Below, piece by piece: positions 18,992 through 27,814 of a stretch of 55,364 bases of DNA. Where the stretch lies: NCBI GenBank assembly GCA_965263355.1, contig CBDHHL010000013.1, forward strand, positions 1-55,364, read 5' to 3'. This stretch comes from Leptolyngbyaceae cyanobacterium. Lineage in GTDB: Bacteria > Cyanobacteriota > Cyanobacteriia > Phormidesmidales > Phormidesmidaceae. The position numbers and the translations under genes were made by a program. How positions within the stretch are numbered: position 1 is the stretch's first letter; each line of letters opens with the position of its first letter. The notes below the pieces were generated by a model. The model had not been told where the DNA came from. It did not search any database and was given only the letters and a program-made list of their open reading frames with translations.

Positions 18992-19633
18992 CTAAAAAGA
19001 CCTCCGAATATTAATTTCAAACGCACAATGTTGAACAGTGAAAGTTGAAATAACGACTCCGTTTGAACGAACCTCTATCAGTGATGCTGTTGGGTCGTCG
19101 ACCTGTGGTGAATTGGGATAGAAAAACCAATTGCCGTCAGTATCAACAGTCACACTGTTGTTCCCATCGAGATGGGTCAACGCAGCGCCGTTCAAGGTAG
19201 CTGTGATCGACTCGCCTGGTGTCCCTGTGCCGGTTAGGCCGAAGCCCACTTGCCAAGTTATCCCTTGAGTGAAGTTGTCGCCGTCAAGCGATCCAAGCTG
19301 CGGCGTCGGCCCTTCAACGCCTGACGCATTGACTCCAGTCGTGTAATTTACCCCCTGATACCAGAGTTGCGAGCCATTATCGTTGCCAGTTGAGGGGACA
19401 ACATATATCGCCTCGATGTTTGCAAGATCGGCAGACGGGATTGAAAAATCACTGCCGTCTGTTCCCGTCGCAGCCCCAGGGCCACCACTGGTAGCAACGC
19501 GATTCACTGTTGCAGTGGTCGCAACCGCAAACTCAGAATTCAAGCGTATCGTTTCTTCATAAATATTCTTAGGTGTTTCTGTAGAGCTGCTAGACAGCTG
19601 GACCGCTGGGAGGAAAGCACCGATAACTGGCAT
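18992..19633 (-). CDS. Putative virion protein with Ig-like domain
   Basis: LTGTGTPGESITATLNG...VTVDTDGNW. Confidence 0.7.
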   Translation of the reverse strand: MPVIGAFLPAVQLSSSSTETPKNIYEETIRLNSEFAVATTATVNRVATSGGPGAATGTDGSDFSIPSADLANIEAIYVVPSTGNDNGSQLWYQGVNYTTGVNASGVEGPTPQLGSLDGDNFTQGITWQVGFGLTGTGTPGESITATLNGAALTHLDGNNSVTVDTDGNWFFYPNSPQVDDPTASLIEVRSNGVVISTFTVQHCAFEINIRRSF

Positions 19634-19635
19634 TA

Positions 19636-19833
19636 TTAATCCTCCTCCTCTGTTGATTCAAGATAGGCCCCGGCATAGTACAAATCGTCATCGCCTTTAT
19701 TGAAAACAACGAGCTGATTAGCTGCATTAAAAAATAGTTCAACCATGCTTTTATCAGCCAGTTCAATAGTCACTGATTGACCAGCGGCCAACTTCCCGAT
19801 AGGGATAGCTCTTAATACTTCAGCACCGCTCAT
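19636..19833 (-). CDS. Small putative virion protein
   Basis: Start MSGAEV overlapping the upstream stop (ATGA), GAGGTG RBS. Confidence 0.65.
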   Translation of the reverse strand: MSGAEVLRAIPIGKLAAGQSVTIELADKSMVELFFNAANQLVVFNKGDDDLYYAGAYLESTEEED

Positions 19834-20483
19834 GCCATCACCTCGTAGATAAACAAAGACATATGCCACCAAGCTATACCCTTGGTGCTGTTCGAACCAC
19901 CATCAGCGTTATAAGCCCCTAAACACAACTTTTTAGGGCTTGTTTCTCCTGATAGGTCCAAATAGAATTCTCCAGACAATAGCCGCAACGTGCCTGTGTT
20001 GTCGTTCTCCCCAGTGCCGTCCGCTTGATAATTCAATAGGCCCGCTGCGTGCGGGCCCGGATCTGAGGCAATGACTTGAGCCTCAAATAGATCAGCGTCC
20101 ATTAGCCCGATATCGATATACTCGCCATTGCTCCAATTTTGGAAGCCAAAATTGTAGTGGCCCCTATAGAAAAAGCCGTTTTGTAATTCGAAGTCCTTGC
20201 CAACGGTACTAGACCCTTCAGGGATTTCAGCCCCGCTAGAGTCCAGTAGCTTAATTTTTGGTCCTTTAATTCTGGCCTGTGAAACTCTCGCGGCTCCGCC
20301 CGTGCCAAACGTGAAGGTTGTTCTAATTAGTGGGACTTTTGCGTCCTCAGGGTCGTTACTGTTTGGCCTAAACGTGATATTCGTTGGCTGAGCTGACCCT
20401 GGCGCGCCATTAGCAGGCATCGCAAACCAGGCCATACTATCAGGGAATCTGGATGAAATGAATTTTCCACCAATAGGGGCCAT
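19830..20483 (-). CDS. Putative virion protein
   Basis: 217 aa, coupled to neighbours. Confidence 0.7.
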   Translation of the reverse strand: MAPIGGKFISSRFPDSMAWFAMPANGAPGSAQPTNITFRPNSNDPEDAKVPLIRTTFTFGTGGAARVSQARIKGPKIKLLDSSGAEIPEGSSTVGKDFELQNGFFYRGHYNFGFQNWSNGEYIDIGLMDADLFEAQVIASDPGPHAAGLLNYQADGTGENDNTGTLRLLSGEFYLDLSGETSPKKLCLGAYNADGGSNSTKGIAWWHMSLFIYEVMA

Positions 20484-21766
20484 TACTGCACAACCTCTCT
20501 TGCGACAATCTCACCAGTTGCCGCCGCTTCTGCGATTACTCGAATCTCTCCATTAAAATCATCCGTTTCAAATCGACCAGCCGGAATCGTGTAAACGTAA
20601 TTTCCCCCGGTCGTTTGGGCAGCAGTAGAGCCGTATTGGACATAAACGATTTGATTTGTACTATTTCGAATGACTACGTTTACTCTACTTGGATTCGCAG
20701 GCACTAACTGTTGATCAGTGTTGAGATTGGCACTAAGTACGACCGGAACCGATGCGCTCTGTTGGACTGCCGTATTGGCCCCCGTAACCCCACCCGTCAA
20801 GAACCAAGATAAATCAGGTTTATTCCTAGAAACCCTAGGACCAGGGAACGCCCCTTGATATTGACGGATCGTCATTCGCGAGCGACTAAATGCTGTAGCT
20901 GCACCCGCAATATCTTGGTTGCCGAATACTCGCAATGCCTCCAATGCACTACGGCTAATCGTTATCGTGGTCCCGTTGCTTGCCCATTGCCCTAACTCTG
21001 ATGCGATCGTGGGGTTCGGCGTAGTGCCATCGGTCGTGTAAATTAACAGCCATTCATTTTCTGTCGCAACTGCCGCCGTCTCACTTTCAGTGTTGATTTG
21101 AGCAAGCCTATCGTGAGCGATTTCAAACGTTATAGTCGCAAACGTCGTCACAGGCGACACGGTGAAACCAGTTGCGCCCGTAATAAGCCCGCCTGCAATT
21201 GGCCTGTCCGCTGTGGCCACTGTGTCGCCTGTGGCCGGGATTTCGAGAACAGATTCAGAAACTAACAGTATCGGGTCGTTAGTGCTCGAAGCTCCAACTA
21301 CTGCCGTAACGATCGCGTTCCCGTTAACCGTTCCAATCGTAATTCCGTTCTCATCGGCAAACGCGTCATTCGCCGTTGGATAAACAAGATCGTCGCGACC
21401 AATGACCGCAAAGCCACTGTTCCCCGTGCTAGTAGTGCCACCGGCCCCATCACTAATATCGTAAGTGACAGATTCAAGCGAGCCTAAACCGCCAGTGGAG
21501 GAGCTTGCTGTCAGTTGGGCTTCTGTTGGTCCAGTGCCAATTGTTACGGTTGCCCCTGAAGGGATATTAGCTAGGGTCGTTCCATCGGCTGATAGGATGC
21601 CAAATAGTATCGGCCCAGTGCCATTAATTTGGTAGGGCGTTGCGGTTGGCGAGCCAGACGACGAACTGGCAAATTGTTGTATAAATGGATCCGGATCTGT
21701 CCCAGTACCGGTCGCACTCAGAAAGATAATATTATTGTTACCGTCTCTAGCCCTAATATTTGCCAT
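20483..21766 (-). CDS. Putative virion/decoration protein
   Basis: GTGTDPDPF N-terminus; C-terminal ANPSRVNVVIRN...VYV.YG beta domain. Confidence 0.7.
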   Translation of the reverse strand: MANIRARDGNNNIIFLSATGTGTDPDPFIQQFASSSSGSPTATPYQINGTGPILFGILSADGTTLANIPSGATVTIGTGPTEAQLTASSSTGGLGSLESVTYDISDGAGGTTSTGNSGFAVIGRDDLVYPTANDAFADENGITIGTVNGNAIVTAVVGASSTNDPILLVSESVLEIPATGDTVATADRPIAGGLITGATGFTVSPVTTFATITFEIAHDRLAQINTESETAAVATENEWLLIYTTDGTTPNPTIASELGQWASNGTTITISRSALEALRVFGNQDIAGAATAFSRSRMTIRQYQGAFPGPRVSRNKPDLSWFLTGGVTGANTAVQQSASVPVVLSANLNTDQQLVPANPSRVNVVIRNSTNQIVYVQYGSTAAQTTGGNYVYTIPAGRFETDDFNGEIRVIAEAAATGEIVAREVVQ

Positions 21767-21769
21767 CTA

Positions 21770-22219
21770 TTACGCTGCCACTGTATGGAATGATGGTTGG
21801 CCGTTCCAATTAAACGAAATATTTATAAATGCATTAATAGTAGAACTTTCTACCCACTCACTAGGCCCAGACCCGTGTAAAGTTCTAACCCTAACCCTAT
21901 AGACTCCCTCAGGCAAATTAATAAATGTATTTGTCAGGCCGGTCACAACTTCAGTGCCTGTCCATGCAACTGTAGGAGCCTCAACCTGTTCATACTCAAT
22001 CTCGTAACCAGTAATTATGATGTCAGGATCACTAGGGACTAGCCATGTTGCCCTGACGTTGAACGTTCCATTGGCTTGGATTTCTCCTATGCCATTAACC
22101 ACCCTAGGTTCGTCACTAACAGATTTGCCACGGGTTACTAAAAGGTTATGGCTCCCCAGGTTGCGAGAACTGCCACCGATTAGTACCCGATTATGTCTCC
22201 TGTAGCCACGACGAACCAT
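21770..22219 (-). CDS. Fibronectin type III domain protein
   Basis: ATWLVP...ITGYEIEY...NLPEGVYRVRVRT...GPSEW. Confidence 0.85.
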   Translation of the reverse strand: MVRRGYRRHNRVLIGGSSRNLGSHNLLVTRGKSVSDEPRVVNGIGEIQANGTFNVRATWLVPSDPDIIITGYEIEYEQVEAPTVAWTGTEVVTGLTNTFINLPEGVYRVRVRTLHGSGPSEWVESSTINAFINISFNWNGQPSFHTVAA

Positions 22220-22222
22220 TGA

Positions 22223-22333
22223 TTACATACCGCCGTTATAACGTCGAGAGTAATCAACTGTACGGCGGTTGCCGCCAGTCTTTTTAATTCGGTTATAAGG
22301 TGTTGCGGTGGTGGTCGCTTGCCTTTCAGTCAT
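22223..22333 (-). CDS. 36-aa basic protein (below track cutoff)
   Basis: MTERQATTTATPYNRIKKTGGNRRTVDYSRRYNGGM*, fills the gap between neighbours. Confidence 0.6.
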   Translation of the reverse strand: MTERQATTTATPYNRIKKTGGNRRTVDYSRRYNGGM

Positions 22334-22589
22334 TGGATTGCGCATTGCCATCCGTGCTATTTTGGCCATCCGTTGCATTTGTGCTGGGCTCATGATCCTT
22401 TACCTCGTGTTGATAGATTTGAGTCGCGATCGTCTCTTCTTTAGCCCTACCCCCTACTGTCAAGCCAAGCCCTTTGGCTATCTCACGCAGCTCTGCAACT
22501 GTGTGAGCCTCCATTAACTCTTTAACGCGATTCGCTGGTTCATTAGCCTTTTTACGGGCTGCTGTTTGATCAGCTTGCGTTGTTGGCAT
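22326..22589 (-). CDS. Rho-N/HeH-like small protein downstream of the capsid gene
   Basis: HTVAELREIAKGLGL...KEETIATQI. Confidence 0.75.
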   Translation of the reverse strand: MPTTQADQTAARKKANEPANRVKELMEAHTVAELREIAKGLGLTVGGRAKEETIATQIYQHEVKDHEPSTNATDGQNSTDGNAQSND

Positions 22590-22639
22590 CGCGCCATTCT
22601 TGCCAATTTTCTGGGGATAGTGCAAAGAATAAATCATGA

Positions 22640-23602
22640 TTACTGACTAGTAATAGCAGCCGCTAGACGTACATTTTTGCGTTCATAAACACGGGTCCAG
22701 CTAGCGCCTACCGCTAGTTCAGCATTGGTTGCAGCAGAACCCGCAGGAGTACCACCCCAACGAACACCAAATGGATGAAGGATAAAGATTCGACGGTTCA
22801 CTAAAAATTCAGTGCCCGCCAAAATGTCTTCATCTGTTTTAACTGCGTCCCCTGGGTCCATCCGAGCTTCACCATAGCCAATCGCACCAGCACCGGCAAA
22901 ATACGTTGTATATGGCCCAGCTCCGCCATTCGATGGGACTGAATCATCGACAATGACAATCTTGCCCATGTAAGTTGGGATTTGACCGTCAGGCCCGCCT
23001 AGTGTGGTGTCGATTTCTGATGGGACGATGAAGTTGATTTGTTCTTGTGCAACCAGATTCCAATAAACCGTGGAGTGACAGAACATGAAACCAAGTGCGT
23101 TGATTTCATCCCCTAGCAATGCCAGTGTATTCACTGCAATTGTTCGGTTCATTGGTGTGGCATTTTGATCATTAACATGCTGAGCCAGCATTGTTGCACT
23201 AGCAAAAACACCTGTTAATGTGCTAATTAATGCCGTTTGCATCCGTCTAGCCCAATAATCAGCCACTAAGTCAGCAATTTCACCCATGGGATCGTCACCA
23301 GACTTATATTTAGCCAATTGGCTAGAAGTCCATGCTTTTTTCCGATATAGGATAGTTGCTACGTCCTGAGCCGTTTGGATACGGCCAGGGACTTCCGCAG
23401 TTTCATCCCATACAAGATCATCACCAGTTAGATCGGTGAAGAACGGCATATTTATATTATTGCCACCTCCACTAGCCAGACGGTCTAATTCATTATTGCG
23501 CTCAACCATAGCAGAGGAAAGCAACAACGACTTTTGCGCTGTTCTTTCAACTGCATATGGGACAAAGATTTCAGGTACAATTATGTCCGCTAGAAATGCC
23601 AT
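22640..23602 (-). CDS. Major capsid protein (SPP1 gp13-like)
   Basis: LADIIVPEIFVPY, GGNNINMPFF.DL, GDDPM..IA..VA.YW, ILHPFG..W, W.RVY..KN. Confidence 0.92.
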   Translation of the reverse strand: MAFLADIIVPEIFVPYAVERTAQKSLLLSSAMVERNNELDRLASGGGNNINMPFFTDLTGDDLVWDETAEVPGRIQTAQDVATILYRKKAWTSSQLAKYKSGDDPMGEIADLVADYWARRMQTALISTLTGVFASATMLAQHVNDQNATPMNRTIAVNTLALLGDEINALGFMFCHSTVYWNLVAQEQINFIVPSEIDTTLGGPDGQIPTYMGKIVIVDDSVPSNGGAGPYTTYFAGAGAIGYGEARMDPGDAVKTDEDILAGTEFLVNRRIFILHPFGVRWGGTPAGSAATNAELAVGASWTRVYERKNVRLAAAITSQ

Positions 23603-23618
23603 TATTCAAAAGGATGGG

Positions 23619-24473
23619 TTAACCGATCTTTTTCCCCGCTTGTGCTGCCATTTGTTGAGCTAATGCCCGATTCTGCCTTAGCAAATTTCCTTGAGCCGTT
23701 ACATTCCAATGCTGTTCAGTGAATGGGTTTTTAATGCCAGATTCGCCAGTAGCACCTTGGTAAAAACCATCACCACTAGCTGCATTAAATTCATTGAAAG
23801 ATGCTTTCAATGGGTTCCCGTAAACACCTTTATTGGCCTGTTGGAATAATTGGTTGATTGATAGCTCAACGCCTGACTCATCAGTGACTGGAGTGCCATC
23901 AACTTTTACAAATCGTTTGACTTGCTTACGTATTCCACCAGGGGCAAAACGGTCTTCAATGTCAACAAATTCAGCTTTCCAATATTGGGGGAATAAAGAT
24001 TTGAAAGCGTAAAAATCAGATCCATTATTTGTAGAGAAAACTTGGCTTAATGCCTGGTCTTCTAAAAATGATTGGATCGTTTGCGCCTGAGCTAAATTTG
24101 ATTGCTCTAATTGCATAATCTGAGGTTTAAAAATTTCCTCTTGTTTCGCAATTGTCGATGTAATCAAACGTTGCTCAGTCTGTTCTTTCTCAGACTTCAA
24201 GCGTTCCGCCTCTGCAATCTGCTGTTTAATTTGCTCAGCTTGATTCGCGTCAAGCTGGCCAAAGACACTTTCAATTACGCCTACTTTCTTCTGCAAAGCT
24301 TCGAGCGTGGCTTTTAGCTCTACATTTTCTGCCTTGACGCGTTCGTGAGCGTTGACCAAGGCATTAGGGTTCTTGATTTCTACAGTTGGCTGATTGTCAG
24401 CCGTTGCGTTTGGAGGAGTTGCTTTTTCCTGAGATTCCAGGTTAGTCTCCATCCCTTGGGGATTGCCGGACAT
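23619..24473 (-). CDS. Capsid scaffolding protein
   Basis: Coiled coil; C-terminal KNPF....WNVTAQ; directly upstream of MCP. Confidence 0.8.
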   Translation of the reverse strand: MSGNPQGMETNLESQEKATPPNATADNQPTVEIKNPNALVNAHERVKAENVELKATLEALQKKVGVIESVFGQLDANQAEQIKQQIAEAERLKSEKEQTEQRLITSTIAKQEEIFKPQIMQLEQSNLAQAQTIQSFLEDQALSQVFSTNNGSDFYAFKSLFPQYWKAEFVDIEDRFAPGGIRKQVKRFVKVDGTPVTDESGVELSINQLFQQANKGVYGNPLKASFNEFNAASGDGFYQGATGESGIKNPFTEQHWNVTAQGNLLRQNRALAQQMAAQAGKKIG

Positions 24474-24580
24474 AGAATGCTATTCCTAAAAGACTTATAT
24501 CCTCAAATATAAGCTGCCAAAAATGGCCGTAATTGCTAAAATTGGGAAAATGAGAACAATTAACCCATTGCGGGTAAAAT

Positions 24581-24790
24581 ATGGACGACTATAAACGCTT
24601 TGGCAATATCTTATGGGAGACACGACGGAAAGACTCTAGACGGGTGTCTCTCCAAGCTGTCTCTGAAATTGCTAAATGCAGTCGTAAAACATGGCGCAAG
24701 TATGAACGTGGTGAGGGTGCGCCGGACGCAATAATGCTGTTTAGAGTTGAGAATTATTTCGGCTGGAAATTAAGGCTAAAAAATGATTAG
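24581..24790 (+). CDS. XRE-family HTH protein
   Basis: FGNILWETRR...SLQAVSEIA.CSRKTWRKYERGEGAPD. Confidence 0.85.
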   Translation: MDDYKRFGNILWETRRKDSRRVSLQAVSEIAKCSRKTWRKYERGEGAPDAIMLFRVENYFGWKLRLKND

Positions 24791-24921
24791 TATAAAATTA
24801 TTATTATGTGTGATTATTTGCTTGCAGTGTTTGGCGCTTTTGCCGGAAGCTTCAAATATTTTGCGGAGTAGTATTCTCATCAATGCTTTAGTTGCTGGTT
24901 TTTTGGCCGTGTTTTATCATT

Positions 24922-25617
24922 TCAGGGGGAAATGACGGCATCAACTAATGAGGCTTCCCCGATTATTCCAATCGCTCTAGCTGGATTAAATCGAGTAATT
25001 ACGGTACATCTGCAGTTAGGGCCGCAAGTACAGGCCACCGTAGCAGGCACTACATCATCTATTGCTAACCATTGCCCTCCTGTGTCGTAGGCTGGGCATT
25101 CTGGACAATGAATCACAAACGGGTCTAGCATTCTTAATGCCTCATTGTGGCTAAGGATGCTTTTTTGTGTTAGCCGTTCAGTTCTATGAAACGTCCTGAA
25201 TACTTTTTTGGATTGCAGCTTAAGCCAGCCTCTTATTTGCCCTGGTGTTTTCTGCCCTGCCAGCATTGCTAAAGTGAATGCGGCTAAGGCTGCTGCAATG
25301 CCGGTCAGATCATCTCGAAGCTGTTCAAAATATTGCCGGTTTTGCCGGTTTGCATTTAGCGCGATATGCCCGCCCGCTGCCAATATAAGAATTATGATAT
25401 TAGATTCTTTTATTTCAGCCATTATCAAGCGTTGCCACTCTTCTGTCGTTAGCTCGCCTGATAAATATCGTTCAGTAATAGTTAATAGTCTGCCTTCGAG
25501 CTTTAATCTTTCCCCATTAACAACTAACCTGAGTTCAGCCGTTGATATTCGTCGACCGTCACTAAAGCGATAACGGCCAATAGTTGAGTCAAAATAAACG
25601 CCTTCAAGTTCAATCAA
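24922..25617 (-). CDS. Minor head / MuF-like protein
   Basis: C-terminal HCPEC...CTCGPNCRC; TTG start overlaps the upstream TGA. Confidence 0.75.
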   Translation of the reverse strand: MIELEGVYFDSTIGRYRFSDGRRISTAELRLVVNGERLKLEGRLLTITERYLSGELTTEEWQRLIMAEIKESNIIILILAAGGHIALNANRQNRQYFEQLRDDLTGIAAALAAFTLAMLAGQKTPGQIRGWLKLQSKKVFRTFHRTERLTQKSILSHNEALRMLDPFVIHCPECPAYDTGGQWLAIDDVVPATVACTCGPNCRCTVITRFNPARAIGIIGEASLVDAVISP

Positions 25618-25769
25618 TTAGGCTTAGTGCTAGTCTTTACTGCTCCAGTAACCCCTCTAAGATCCCAATAGACTACCTTTTTGTCTGGGATGACTAGCGG
25701 GTTTAACCTCCATCGCTGTCCTTTACGAGTAATGCCGTCTCTATCCAATGGGTTGCGTTGAATCGTCAT
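25614..25769 (-). CDS. 51-aa hypothetical protein (below track cutoff)
   Basis: MTIQRNPLDRDGITRKGQRWRLNPLVIPDKKVVYWDLRGVTGAVKTSTKPN*. Confidence 0.6.
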   Translation of the reverse strand: MTIQRNPLDRDGITRKGQRWRLNPLVIPDKKVVYWDLRGVTGAVKTSTKPN

Positions 25770-25917
25770 AAGTCGGTGCCTCTATTAATTGTTTACGTTC
25801 TTTTTTTGCCCGCCGTCGAGCCTTCTTATAGTCAATTAATCGTAGCTCAGTTAATAAATTCAATTGGCTAATACTTAGCCCTTCCCCCTGGCTTTCAGCT
25901 GGAATAAACCTATCCAT
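25741..25917 (-). CDS. Hypothetical protein
   Basis: Start MDRF overlapping the upstream gene. Confidence 0.55.
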   Translation of the reverse strand: MDRFIPAESQGEGLSISQLNLLTELRLIDYKKARRRAKKERKQLIEAPTYDDSTQPIG

Positions 25918-26332
25918 CAATGGCACGGCCCACACCTCTATAACGATTCAAGTAACCATATGGGTCTAATAACCGTTTTATTCGTTGGCGCATATTATTT
26001 AATCGCTCAATCTTCATCCCCTCAGTTGTTTGGCCTCCACCGCTGCCGCTGCCATATTGCCGGGTATAGTGATCAACAACAGTTTCTTCCGTGATTGGAC
26101 CTTTCTGAGTCTCAGTCAAAACAGCATCGTCAATCGAATCAAGGCTATCTTGAGCTGATTCAATCTTATCTACGAGCAATCTTATTTGACCCGCTCTGTC
26201 AGTCGAATTCGTTGTATCTCTTAGCTCAACATCAATCATTAGTGTAGCTAACAGGCTAATAGGGTCATCCTGCGTTACTACTAACTGCAGTGCATCAACC
26301 AATCGTGAGCGGTCACCAAGTAAAAATGGCAT
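25910..26332 (-). CDS. Putative head-tail adaptor
   Basis: Helical 140 aa after portal, ITEETV..YTRQY hairpin, LLDPY end. Confidence 0.55.
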   Translation of the reverse strand: MPFLLGDRSRLVDALQLVVTQDDPISLLATLMIDVELRDTTNSTDRAGQIRLLVDKIESAQDSLDSIDDAVLTETQKGPITEETVVDHYTRQYGSGSGGGQTTEGMKIERLNNMRQRIKRLLDPYGYLNRYRGVGRAIDG

Positions 26333-26338
26333 AGCACA

Positions 26339-27814
26339 TTAACCTAAAACTAATTGGTCGCCCCGGTCCATCAGCATTGGAGGGGTTGCATCGTCATCTG
26401 AATTTTCTCGCTTAAGTTCGGCTTTCATTTCCATCTCTTTAGTCCAGAAATTAATCGCTTCTAAATATGCTCTAACCTCGAATGTATCCTTGAAGCCACC
26501 CGTTTCAAGCAATAAGGGGATTAACTGCAATTCTTGAGGGGATGCTGCTGGTTTTAAGAATTTAAGGCTAATCTTTATCCCACCCGCTGATTCCTCAGGG
26601 TTATAACTGCGATCGCTTAACAACGCCCATAACTTAAACAACTCCTCAAATCCAGATTCAATCGCATTTGCAAACCACTGCATCGTCATTTGAGTTTGAC
26701 CAGCCTCTAATAATGCCGCCGTTGCTGTCTGGCTAATATTTATATACTTTTCTTTCTCTTCTCTGATCTCGTTTTTCAATGTTTGAATCCGCTGGTCGCT
26801 AATCATCATGCCAGTCCCTGCGGGCTCTACAAATTTAACGTCACCACCTTGCACATAATGCCAAACAAAATCACGACTCATTGGAATTTCAGGCGGTTCA
26901 TTTGGGATTTTGTTAGGCCATCCTTGAGCAGGAATAGGAATATTAACAGCCCGCTGAATTGCGTCTAACTCAGATTCCATATTAAATAACCGAATCAACT
27001 TATCGGTTAAGCTCATGAATGGAGGAATAACCGGCTGGCCTACCTTAGCCGTTGGATCTAATGAAAACCATATAAACGGTAACCGTCCTAACGGCTCGCC
27101 TGCTGCATTAGTGATCACCTCAGGTGGTCCCATGATGGCTAATTTGCCATGGCTTTGGGTCGTTTCAGCCTTTCTGCGTTCCCAGCGTTCTTTTGTGACA
27201 ACATCATCTTCCCCGTGCCGATATACCCAATAGGTTTCAACCTTTTGTACAGAAAATCCGTTATCGCTAGGTCTGTCCTCATACGACCGGATCGCAATTC
27301 GAGTTAATACATTCCTGTATTGTCCTGATTGCCTATCATAACGACGCTGGACTAATGGAGCTGACAAATCGCCTGGAGAAACTACGCTAAAGTAAGGCAC
27401 CCTTCCGTCTGGGTCTTCAGACTGTGGCGCAATATGGCAACCGCATAACACGACTCCATACTTGAATGCACCATGTAAAACCTTGCCTTGATACGTTTTT
27501 AGGTTGTCATTCTCAATTGTGACACTGGTTGCTTCGCCTTGTAACTCGTCTGGCGAATTTTCGCTTACCTCAAATTCATTTAACAATCCAGCATTCGCAG
27601 CAATCGCTTTTTTTAGCGACTCATCCATAGTCGCCAGTTCAACCCGAGATTGATAACTAATGTCAGTCTCTGCCTTGGCTTGCTCTAAGTAAGCCCTTCT
27701 TAAATCGGAAGTACATAAAGCCTGATACACATCATTAATGCGCTGCCATAAGATCGTATACTTTCCTATCCAGGATGCTGGCTTCCAATCTGGCCCGACT
27801 GCATCGCTTACCAT
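26339..27814 (-). CDS. Portal protein (DUF4055-like)
   Basis: YL....AET..SY..R; PL..LPFIW; PPF..L; FVEPAG; follows TerL. Confidence 0.85.
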   Translation of the reverse strand: MVSDAVGPDWKPASWIGKYTILWQRINDVYQALCTSDLRRAYLEQAKAETDISYQSRVELATMDESLKKAIAANAGLLNEFEVSENSPDELQGEATSVTIENDNLKTYQGKVLHGAFKYGVVLCGCHIAPQSEDPDGRVPYFSVVSPGDLSAPLVQRRYDRQSGQYRNVLTRIAIRSYEDRPSDNGFSVQKVETYWVYRHGEDDVVTKERWERRKAETTQSHGKLAIMGPPEVITNAAGEPLGRLPFIWFSLDPTAKVGQPVIPPFMSLTDKLIRLFNMESELDAIQRAVNIPIPAQGWPNKIPNEPPEIPMSRDFVWHYVQGGDVKFVEPAGTGMMISDQRIQTLKNEIREEKEKYINISQTATAALLEAGQTQMTMQWFANAIESGFEELFKLWALLSDRSYNPEESAGGIKISLKFLKPAASPQELQLIPLLLETGGFKDTFEVRAYLEAINFWTKEMEMKAELKRENSDDDATPPMLMDRGDQLVLG

